Shown here piece after piece: positions 56,561 to 64,000 of a stretch of DNA of 64,000 nt; within the stretch, counting starts at the first letter, position 1, and every line of letters starts with the position of its first letter. Made by a program: the position numbers and the translations under genes. The notes under the pieces were generated by a model. That model was given only the letters and a program-made list of their open reading frames with translations, ran no database searches and was not told the origin of the DNA. Source of the stretch: an uncultured delta proteobacterium (GTDB taxonomy: Bacteria; Desulfobacterota; BSN033; UBA1163); NCBI GenBank assembly GCA_963827685.1, contig CAWHBU010000004.1, positions 800,001 to 864,000 of the forward strand, in the 5' to 3' direction.

Positions 56561-56935
56561 TTATAAGCGTCCTTTGATGAGGAACCATGCGAGAGAGAGC
56601 CAGCCAAAAAGAAAGGCCAATCCGCCAACAGGCGTGATGGCTCCCAGCCATTTCATCCCTGTGGCCGCCAAGAGATAAAGACTTCCTGAGAAGAGAACGA
56701 TTCCGGCAAGAAATCCCCAACCCGCCATGGAAAAGGATGTATCTCTATTAAGGTGCTGTAACACCCCCACTGCAAACAAAGCCACGGTATGAAACATCTG
56801 GTAAAGGACCGCTTTTTCGTAGATGGACTTTCCGTACTCATCCAAGATATTTTTCAATGAGTGAGCCCCAAAGGCTCCAAGAGCGACACACAAGAATCCA
56901 GAAATGGCTGATGAGATAAACCAGAATTTAACCAT
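56561..56935 (-). CDS. DUF423 (YgdD/TMEM256) membrane protein
   Basis: GAFGAH, YQMFH, FSGSLY, GAITPVGG. Confidence 0.92.
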   Translation of the reverse strand: MVKFWFISSAISGFLCVALGAFGAHSLKNILDEYGKSIYEKAVLYQMFHTVALFAVGVLQHLNRDTSFSMAGWGFLAGIVLFSGSLYLLAATGMKWLGAITPVGGLAFLFGWLSLAWFLIKGRL

Positions 56936-57205
56936 CTATTTCGTTTCCTTCAGGGCTGCGATCGTGGCGCCCCATGAACCTGCCTCCGGTAGAGCTAATC
57001 TAAATGATTCAACAAGAGGACTCTTTTTGAGAAAGGAATGGACGATGTTCATCTGTATCCCTTTCCCTTTTCCGTGGATAATGCGGACCTCCTTGAAACC
57101 TTTCTTCTGACATTCTAAGAGGTACTCCTCTAAAAGAAAAGGAATTTCCTTGGGAGAGAAGGTGTGAAGGTCAATCCAATCCTCGATCGGAATCTGAATA
57201 ACCAT
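56936..57205 (-). CDS. Smr/MutS2 domain protein
   Basis: IDLH.F, IIHGKG.G, GSWGAT. Confidence 0.92.
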   Translation of the reverse strand: MVIQIPIEDWIDLHTFSPKEIPFLLEEYLLECQKKGFKEVRIIHGKGKGIQMNIVHSFLKKSPLVESFRLALPEAGSWGATIAALKETK

Positions 57206-57212
57206 AAACTTA

Positions 57213-57349
57213 AGTTCGGAGTTCGGAGTATTTAGTTCGGAGATTCAAAACATAATAAAAATGACTCCGAATCCATGATCTGGAACTTAAAACAATAATT
57301 TGGATTCAAATGCCCTTTCCTCCGAACTCCGAACTATTAACTCCGAACT
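57213..57349. repeat. Inverted 7-mer arrays (AGTTCGG)n...(CTCCGAA)n
   Basis: Between udg and smr; the right arm overlaps the udg stop. Confidence 0.8.
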
Positions 57350-58104
57350 TTTTTCTTAATCATTTTAAATACCTGATGAAACATCGGCCTCGTGAGTTTT
57401 CCGGTCTGAGTGTTTTGCTGGCTGGGATGATAGGTGGTAATTAAAGAGATCGTTCGGAGTTCGGAAGGGAACGCCTGCCTGTCCGGTAGGCAGGGTTTGA
57501 AACCGTTCCGTACAGGAGTCGGCAGGTCTTTCGGTTTTGAAATCGAATAGTGCCTGCCATGGCCGAAAGAAAGAGGAGGGACTTCGTATCCCTTTAATCT
57601 CAGGGACCTCAACGTTTGCGTAAAGGCGATCTGACCCAGCGGGACGATGATTTTTACCTTTCTTAAAAGATCAAGTTCAGTCAAAAAATAGGGCCGGCAG
57701 TTTTCTATTTCTTCTGGCAGGGGCTTATTTTTAGGCGGAGCACATCGGATCGTTGCAGTAATATAACAATCGTCCAATTTGAAGCCGTCATCCCTTCGAA
57801 GAGAATTGGGTTGATTGGCGAAGCCAAATTGATAGAGTGCGCGGAATAGCCACTCTCCACTCCGATCTCCTGTAAACATCCGGCCTGTCCGATTTCCACC
57901 TTGGGCAGCAGGAGCCAATCCAACAATCAGAACCCGGGCATCCGGATCTCCGAAACTGGGAAGGGGTTTTGACCAAAAATCCCAATCCCGGAATCTCTTG
58001 GGTTTATTGTTGGAAACCTCTTTCAGGTAAGTAACCAATCTAGGGCACTTATGGCATCGAACCACCGTATCCTGCAATTCTTTTAATGCTATTTCTGTTT
58101 TCAT
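57337..58104 (-). CDS. udgB: Uracil-DNA glycosylase family 5 (UdgB-like) with a repeat-derived insertion
   Basis: C..CPRL, GLAPAA.GGNRTGRMFTGDRSG, RCAPP.NKP, HPSQQN. Confidence 0.9.
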   Translation of the reverse strand: MKTEIALKELQDTVVRCHKCPRLVTYLKEVSNNKPKRFRDWDFWSKPLPSFGDPDARVLIVGLAPAAQGGNRTGRMFTGDRSGEWLFRALYQFGFANQPNSLRRDDGFKLDDCYITATIRCAPPKNKPLPEEIENCRPYFLTELDLLRKVKIIVPLGQIAFTQTLRSLRLKGYEVPPLSFGHGRHYSISKPKDLPTPVRNGFKPCLPDRQAFPSELRTISLITTYHPSQQNTQTGKLTRPMFHQVFKMIKKKVRS

Positions 58105-58348
58105 CCTTTAAATTGTTTCTTTCAGATCTGAAATCTGCAATCTTCAATCTAAAATCAATTTAACCATATACTCAGTCCATCTTTCAAGGGAAAATTGACT
58201 TGCCGGAAAGCCCTGGCCTGGGGCTAAGAGCTTCATTTTGACAGAAGAGTTTTTTCTTGTTAATAATAAAAGATAAGTGCTTGTTGATTGCCCGCTGCAG
58301 GACTATTTCATCTCCTGGAGCTGGAATTGAAAATAAAGGAGGTGAAGG

Positions 58349-59554
58349 ATGCCGACCTACTCCCATTCCCAACTTTCGACCTACCAAACCTGCCCCCACC
58401 GGTACAAGCTCGCTTATATTGACAAGATCGAGGTCGAGACAGAGGGGATTGAAGCTTTCATGGGCTCAAGGGTTCACGAAGCCCTGGAGAAGCTCTACCG
58501 AGATGTGAAGGTGACCAAACTTAATACCCTTGAAGAGCTCCTCAACTTCTACCATCAGAGTTGGGAAAAGAATTGGAATGACATGATTCAGATTGTACGA
58601 AAGGATTACAGTGCTGAAGACTATCGTCATCTTGGAGAAAAATGTATCACGGATTATTACAAGCGGTACTATCCCTTTGATCATGGGAAAACCTTGGGCC
58701 TCGAAGAGTATATCTATTTTCCCTTGGAGAAGGAGAAGGATTACTGGATTCGAGGTTTTATTGACCGTGTGACCTTGGTGGATAGTTCTATCCTTGAAAT
58801 TCACGATTATAAAACCTCCAACAGACTCCCAACGAAGGAAGATGTTGAGTCAGACCGGCAATTGGCTTTCTATCAAATGGGAGTTGCAGAAAAGTGGCAG
58901 AGTATTCAGGAGGTCAGACTGATTTGGCACTACCTTACCTTTGATACGGAGATACATTCTTCAAGAACACCTGATCAGCTCCATCAACTTCGCCAGGCGA
59001 CGTTAGAGCTCATTCAAAGTATTGAAACCGACAGACGGTTCCTTCCCAAAGAGGGGCCCCTTTGTGACTGGTGCGATTATCAGGGATTCTGTCCCAAAAG
59101 GAAGCATCTCATTGCTGTGGGAAGCCTTCCGCCCAATGAATATCTTAATGAGGAAGGCGTGGTCCTGGTCAACCAATATGTGGAGATGAAAGAAAGGAAA
59201 AGGATTTTGAGTGAAGAGATTGACGCTGAATTGGCCAAGATCGAAGAAGCTCTCTACGCCTATGCTCAGAGAGAAGAACTCGAAACGATCTTCGGAAGCG
59301 ATCATGTTGCCAAGATTAAGATTGAGATGAAAGAGAAGTATCCTCTAAAGGGGGACCCCAATCGAAGAGTATTGGATGAGATTGTAAAGAAAGCTGGGAA
59401 GTGGATGGAGGTCTCTGATCTCAATCCCTGGATGCTGGCCAGAGTGATCGGTCGGAGAGGTTGGCCTCCTTCTTTAGTGAATAAGGTAAAGGAATTTTCA
59501 ACCGTGGAGGAGACCCGATCCATCACGGTTTCAAAATTGAAGGAAAGAGAGTAG
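58349..59554 (+). CDS. PD-(D/E)XK nuclease family protein (RecB-like, Cys cluster)
   Basis: YSHS.L..Y..CP, G..VH..LE, GFIDR, DYKT, QL..Y, CDWCDY...CP. Confidence 0.9.
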   Translation: MPTYSHSQLSTYQTCPHRYKLAYIDKIEVETEGIEAFMGSRVHEALEKLYRDVKVTKLNTLEELLNFYHQSWEKNWNDMIQIVRKDYSAEDYRHLGEKCITDYYKRYYPFDHGKTLGLEEYIYFPLEKEKDYWIRGFIDRVTLVDSSILEIHDYKTSNRLPTKEDVESDRQLAFYQMGVAEKWQSIQEVRLIWHYLTFDTEIHSSRTPDQLHQLRQATLELIQSIETDRRFLPKEGPLCDWCDYQGFCPKRKHLIAVGSLPPNEYLNEEGVVLVNQYVEMKERKRILSEEIDAELAKIEEALYAYAQREELETIFGSDHVAKIKIEMKEKYPLKGDPNRRVLDEIVKKAGKWMEVSDLNPWMLARVIGRRGWPPSLVNKVKEFSTVEETRSITVSKLKERE

Positions 59555-59698
59555 GAAAACATATTTTGGATTGCGGAATGCGGATTGCGGAATAGAAAAT
59601 TCCAAAACCTTTTTGTCGTTTAGGACATTTTTGTTTTTGGACATTTGTACTTGTTTCGAATTTAAATTCTGGAAGAAAGACAAGCTCGGGGGAAAACG

Positions 59699-61192
59699 AT
59701 GGACATTAGAGTAGAAAAAGGCAAACCAGAAAAGTATCCCTGTGAACTTCTTCTCCTTTTTTCTTTTGAATCTTCTGAGAGGCTGGAAGGTCCCATCAAG
59801 AGTGTGGATGTGGAGTGGAAAGGGTTTATATCCGCTCTGATGAAACAGGGAGATTTTAAGGGCGAGTTATTCGAGTGTTGCCTCTCTTACACCCAGGGTG
59901 CACTTCCTGCCAGAAGGGTGCTCCTGACCGGCCTGGGCAAAAAAGGCGAATTCGATTTAGAAAAATGGCGAGGGGCTGCTTCAAAAGCCGGCCAGACCAT
60001 CCGGAATGCAGGGATCAAACAATTCGCATTTCCGATAAAACAATTTGATGACCATTCAGAGGCGGAGCTGACGGAATCCTTTGTAACCGGTTTTCTCCTT
60101 GGGGTTTACCAGTTCAATGAGTTTAAGACACTTGAGCGGGAAAAGATCAAGGAGATTGAAGAAGTAATTCTCCTTGGAGAGAAAAAGGAAGAAATCAAGT
60201 TGATCGGTGATGGTCTGAAGACAGGAGAAATTATTTCAGAAGCGGTCACCATGGCAAGGGATCTGGTCAATGGACCCAGCAATCAGGTGACTCCCACTGT
60301 TTTGGCTGAAAAGGCTCAGCAGATTGCGAAAGATCATGGTATGGGAATTCAAGTATTGGAAGTGGGTCAAGCAGAGGCCATGGGCATGGGAGCCTTTGTC
60401 GCCGTCGCCAAGGGAAGCCAGGAGCCTGGGAAGTTTATCGTCCTGGAATATAATAAAGGAAAAGGATTGAATACAATCGCGTTAGTAGGAAAGGGGATTA
60501 CTTTCGATAGTGGCGGGATCTCGATCAAACCCTCAGAGAATATGGAGCGGATGAAAGACGATATGTCAGGGGCTGCAGCAGTCTTGGCCACCATGCAAGC
60601 AGCCTCCAAGCTCCAACTTCCCTTTCATCTGGTTGGACTCATGCCAGCGACAGAAAATCTCCCAAGCGGAAAGGCTTATAAACCCGGTGATATTTTGAAA
60701 ACCCTGTCCGGGCAGACGGTAGAAGTGATCAGTACCGATGCAGAAGGAAGACTTGTTCTTTCAGATGCCCTCACCTATAGTCTACGGTATAAACCCAAGG
60801 CGGTCATCGATTTGGCTACATTGACAGGAGCCTGCGTGATTGCATTGGGAGACTACGTGATCGGCCTTTTGGGGAATGATGACTCTCTTTTGAAACGGAT
60901 CGAAGAGGCTTCTTCCAAGACAGGAGAGAAGGTCTGGAGGTTGCCTCTCTGGGATGAGTACTTTGAATATCTGAAAAGTGATGTGGCTGATTTCAGGAAT
61001 GTAGGCACGCGGGCGGCAGGTACCATCATCGGAGCGATGTTCTTAAGCAAATTCGTAGAAAAAATTCCATGGGTTCATCTCGATATTGCCGGGCCGGCGT
61101 CGATTGGAAAGGAGAGGCCGTATATCCCAAAAGGCGGTACGGGTGCCGGAGTAAGATTGTTGGTTCAGTTGCTTAGGGATTGGAAGGGATAA
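59699..61192 (+). CDS. pepA: Leucyl aminopeptidase (M17)
   Basis: VGKGITFDSGG..IK, MKDDMSG, STDAEGRL, ATLTGA, HLDIAG. Confidence 0.95.
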   Translation: MDIRVEKGKPEKYPCELLLLFSFESSERLEGPIKSVDVEWKGFISALMKQGDFKGELFECCLSYTQGALPARRVLLTGLGKKGEFDLEKWRGAASKAGQTIRNAGIKQFAFPIKQFDDHSEAELTESFVTGFLLGVYQFNEFKTLEREKIKEIEEVILLGEKKEEIKLIGDGLKTGEIISEAVTMARDLVNGPSNQVTPTVLAEKAQQIAKDHGMGIQVLEVGQAEAMGMGAFVAVAKGSQEPGKFIVLEYNKGKGLNTIALVGKGITFDSGGISIKPSENMERMKDDMSGAAAVLATMQAASKLQLPFHLVGLMPATENLPSGKAYKPGDILKTLSGQTVEVISTDAEGRLVLSDALTYSLRYKPKAVIDLATLTGACVIALGDYVIGLLGNDDSLLKRIEEASSKTGEKVWRLPLWDEYFEYLKSDVADFRNVGTRAAGTIIGAMFLSKFVEKIPWVHLDIAGPASIGKERPYIPKGGTGAGVRLLVQLLRDWKG

Positions 61193-61203
61193 GAAAGAAC
61201 TGT

Positions 61204-61267
61204 GTAGCGCCTTCATTGATTGAGGGCGAATTGCGGGGAGATCGTCGGCAGTAAATGCCGACGCTAC
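61204..61267. repeat. GTAG-type REP doublet, second copy
   Basis: GTAGCGCCTTC..GAGGGCG..CGTCGGCAGTAAATGCCGACGCTAC. Confidence 0.75.
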
Positions 61268-61303
61268 ATCGGAATTGTAAATAAAGGAATATTGCGAATA
61301 CAA

Positions 61304-62347
61304 ATGAATGAAGATCGCTATCCATTTTTGAGGGCTTGCCGAAGGCAGCCAACAGAATATACGCCCATCTGGCTCATGCGCCAGGCGGGTCGTTATATGA
61401 AGGAGTATCGAGCGCTCCGGAAGAAATATTCTTTTTTAGAAATGTGTAAAAATCCTGAACTGGCGGCACAAGTGACGCTTCAGCCCATAGAGAAGTTTAA
61501 GCTCGATGCAGCCATCATCTTTTCAGATATCTTGATTCCCCTGGAGCCAATGGGAGTGGAGTTTGAGTTCGCCAAAGGGGAAGGTCCTGTCTTCCATCAT
61601 CCCCTCCGAGAGAGGAAGGATGTGGAGAAGCTTAGGGTCATTGACCCCGAAGAGAAAATCCCTTATCTCATGAAAGCGATTCAAATTGTCCGAAAAGAAT
61701 TAGGAGGAAAGATCCCCTTGATCGGATTCTCCGGTGCTCCCTTCACTCTGACGAGTTACGTCATTGAAGGGGGTCATTCGAAAAATTACATCCTGACCAA
61801 GAGTCTGATGTACCAAGACCGTCCCACATGGGATGTTTTGATGGAGAAGATTTCGGAGGTGCTCATCCGGTACCTCAAAGCTCAGATTCGCTCAGGTGTC
61901 CAAGCTCTTCAGATTTTTGACTCCTGGGTGGGCTGCTTAAGCCCGGGCGATTATGAAGAATATGTGCTTCCTTATTCCAAAAAAGTCATTGATGGTGTTG
62001 GCAAGAGTGTTCCTCTCATTCATTTCGCCACCTCCAATTCAACACTTTTGGAATTGATGAAACGGGCAGGCGGAGATGTGATCGGAGTGGATTGGCGGGT
62101 GAATATTGGCGAGGCCTGGGCACGTCTTGGGTACGATGTTGCCGTTCAAGGAAACCTCGATCCTGTCGTCCTATTTGGCCCAGTGGGTTTGATTGAGAAG
62201 AAGGTGAAGAAGATTCTTGATAGCGTAGGGGGTCGGCCTGGCCATATCTTCAACCTCGGCCATGGAATCCTTCCAAATACCCCACCCGATCATGTGGCCG
62301 CCTTGATCGAAGCGGTCCATCAATATAGTTCAAAATCCCCCTCTTAA
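61304..62347 (+). CDS. hemE: Uroporphyrinogen decarboxylase
   Basis: PIWLMRQAGRYM.EY, FSDIL, QIFDSW, QGNLDP, NLGHG. Confidence 0.96.
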   Translation: MNEDRYPFLRACRRQPTEYTPIWLMRQAGRYMKEYRALRKKYSFLEMCKNPELAAQVTLQPIEKFKLDAAIIFSDILIPLEPMGVEFEFAKGEGPVFHHPLRERKDVEKLRVIDPEEKIPYLMKAIQIVRKELGGKIPLIGFSGAPFTLTSYVIEGGHSKNYILTKSLMYQDRPTWDVLMEKISEVLIRYLKAQIRSGVQALQIFDSWVGCLSPGDYEEYVLPYSKKVIDGVGKSVPLIHFATSNSTLLELMKRAGGDVIGVDWRVNIGEAWARLGYDVAVQGNLDPVVLFGPVGLIEKKVKKILDSVGGRPGHIFNLGHGILPNTPPDHVAALIEAVHQYSSKSPS

Positions 62348-62500
62348 AGAGAGAAGGGGGTAAAGGTTAAGGCTGAGATGCCAGTTTAGGTTTAAGGTTA
62401 AGTCACTTGGTTTCAAATATTTGGCCATAACCCTTTGCCTATAGACTAAACCGGCTTCCTGTTCCACAAACCCTCGGCCATTTTCCATTGGAGCAAATTT

Positions 62501-63412
62501 GTGAAAGCCCTTCTCCTCTTAGCCTTTGGAGGGCCCCGGTCTCCCGATGAGGTGGAGCCATTTTTAACCCGTCTCTTCAGAGGCAGAAAACCTTCTCCGG
62601 AACAATTGGAAAGGGTTAAGGAGCGTTATCGACTGATTGGAGGTGGTTCGCCTCTCCCTGAGATTACATTCAAGCAAGCCAAGGCTCTGGAAGACAGTCT
62701 GAATTCGAAAGGCTATCAAATCAAATCCTATGTGGGAATGCGTTTTGGACATCCTCTGATCGAAGAGACTCTAAAACAAATTCTCAAAGATGGAATCCAT
62801 GAAGTGATCGCCCTTCCCATGACGCCTTTTCGATCTCGTGCAAGCACAGGAGCTTATGTCGAAGAAGTAAATCAAATAAGAAGAAATATTGGAGAGAAGA
62901 TAGAAATTTCTTTTGTCGAAGGATGGCATGTGCATCCTCTCTTTCTTGGTGCGATCCAGGAGAAGATTGAGGAGGGGTTGATGCAATTCACTCCGGAAGA
63001 GAGAAAGAGGGTTCATGTCATTTTCTCTGCCCACAGTCTCCCAAAATCTCTTGCTAAAAATGACCCCTACGTCAACGATGTGGAGGAGAGCGTAGGAGAG
63101 GTTCTTAAAAGGATCGAACCTCTTCGTTGGCATATTGCCTTTCAGAGCAGAGGGATGGGACCAGAGGAGTGGTTAGGTCCGGATGTGGAATCTATCCTGG
63201 ACGAGCTCTCACGGCAGAAGGTCCGAGAAATCCTCATCATCCCCATTGGATTTGTTGCGGATCACATTGAAGTGCTTTACGATATTGATATCATCTATCG
63301 AGGGAAAGCTGAATCCATGGGGATGGTATTGAAACGGACTCCCTCCCTTAATTTTTCTGAACGATTCATAGAGGCACTTGCCACAATCGTCACAGAACAT
63401 ATAAAAAAATAG
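62501..63412 (+). CDS. hemH: Ferrochelatase
   Basis: GGP....V..FL, RY..IGG.SPL, FSAHSLP, FQS...WLGP, F..DHIE.LYDID. Confidence 0.95.
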   Translation: MKALLLLAFGGPRSPDEVEPFLTRLFRGRKPSPEQLERVKERYRLIGGGSPLPEITFKQAKALEDSLNSKGYQIKSYVGMRFGHPLIEETLKQILKDGIHEVIALPMTPFRSRASTGAYVEEVNQIRRNIGEKIEISFVEGWHVHPLFLGAIQEKIEEGLMQFTPEERKRVHVIFSAHSLPKSLAKNDPYVNDVEESVGEVLKRIEPLRWHIAFQSRGMGPEEWLGPDVESILDELSRQKVREILIIPIGFVADHIEVLYDIDIIYRGKAESMGMVLKRTPSLNFSERFIEALATIVTEHIKK

Positions 63413-63485
63413 TTGGGAGTTCGGAGTTAGGAGTTCGGAGATTCTTAAAAGATTGCTCCGAACTCCGAACTAAGTACTCCGAACT
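63411..63485. repeat. Inverted 7-mer arrays (AGTTCGG)n-(CTCCGAA)n between hemH and hemY
   Basis: agttggg agttcgg agttagg agttcgg ... ctccgaa ctccgaa ctaagta ctccgaa. Confidence 0.8.
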
Positions 63486-63500
63486 GTTTTTGGGAAAAAT

Positions 63501-64000
63501 ATGAAACGGATCATCATCATCGGCGGTGGTCTCGCCGGCCTTGGCGCAGCCTACAAAATCACCCGGGCCGCAGCGGAGGGGCACGACGTCGAGTTCATTG
63601 TGTTTGAGAAGGACCCACGTCTCGGGGGCAAGATCCAAACAGAGATCGTACCAGATCCTTCGGGGGAGGGCAGGTTTATCGTAGACGGTGGTCCGGACTG
63701 TTTCCTGACCGAGAAACCGGCCTGCCACCGTATTGCAAAGCTCACGGGGATCTTCGATGACGAGTTGCCAACCGACGACTCCCGGAGGCGCACATGGATC
63801 CTGTCTCGTGGCAAACTTCATCAGATGCCAGATGGCGTCATGGTGTTTGCACCCACGAAGTTCGTACCCTTTGCCACGACCGGCCTCTTCTCATGGCCCG
63901 GCAAGATCCGAATGGCCATGGATCTCTTCATTCCAGCGAAGAAGATTACAGCGGGCGAGTTTAATGACGAGACGCTTGAGAGCTTTGTAGTCCGCCGCAT
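63501..64000 (+). CDS. hemY: Protoporphyrinogen/coproporphyrinogen oxidase, partial (runs off the right edge)
   Basis: MKRIIIIGGGLAGLGAAY...RLGGKIQTE...DGGPDCFLTEKP; not in the ORF track because there is no stop in the window. Confidence 0.9.
   Translation, partial: MKRIIIIGGGLAGLGAAYKITRAAAEGHDVEFIVFEKDPRLGGKIQTEIVPDPSGEGRFIVDGGPDCFLTEKPACHRIAKLTGIFDDELPTDDSRRRTWILSRGKLHQMPDGVMVFAPTKFVPFATTGLFSWPGKIRMAMDLFIPAKKITAGEFNDETLESFVVRR

Noticed and set aside
58349-59554. Cas4 / CRISPR adaptation gene
   Set aside because: A stand-alone RecB-like PD-(D/E)XK protein with an extra C-terminal domain in a housekeeping context; no cas1/cas2 or array.

Overview
Bacterial chromosome segment, probably from a Desulfobacterota/deltaproteobacterial anaerobe. 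This is inferred from gene content (NuoBCD-fused complex I, CCG Fe-S proteins, selenoproteins) and cannot be proven from the window. Bases 1-13.2 kb are the right-hand end of a prophage with a lambda-like siphovirus tail module. It contains a tail chaperone with a -1 frameshift, a tape measure protein, Dit+LamG, gpL, gpK/NlpC and a gpI-gpJ fusion. These are followed by two genes carrying three GNAT-like domains, a structured leader, a Dam-type methylase and a possible Mu-like end. Next come TA and defence debris (HTH antitoxin remnant, hicBA, an AAA ATPase fused to a type ISP R-M C-terminal fragment). Host genes follow: a complete nuoA-N operon, prpD-like/comA-like pair, LytS/LytTR with an envelope-export cluster, FAD/Fe-S oxidoreductases, a thiol-peroxidase cluster, udg, pepA and hemE-hemH-hemY. 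Main hunt results: (i) two genes split by in-frame UGA that are very likely selenoproteins, each with a downstream SECIS-like hairpin; (ii) a dense, multi-family set of intergenic inverted tandem micro-repeats (6-9 nt units) and REP/MITE-like palindromes, which nest inside each other, occur in both prophage and host operons, insert in-frame into a gene and supply stop codons; (iii) the triple-GNAT + structured RNA + dam cassette at the phage end; (iv) a duplicated promoter probably bound by LytTR; (v) an orphan Mu GemA-like gene coupled to a DUF151-PDZ gene. All family assignments are by eye from motifs; no searches were run.
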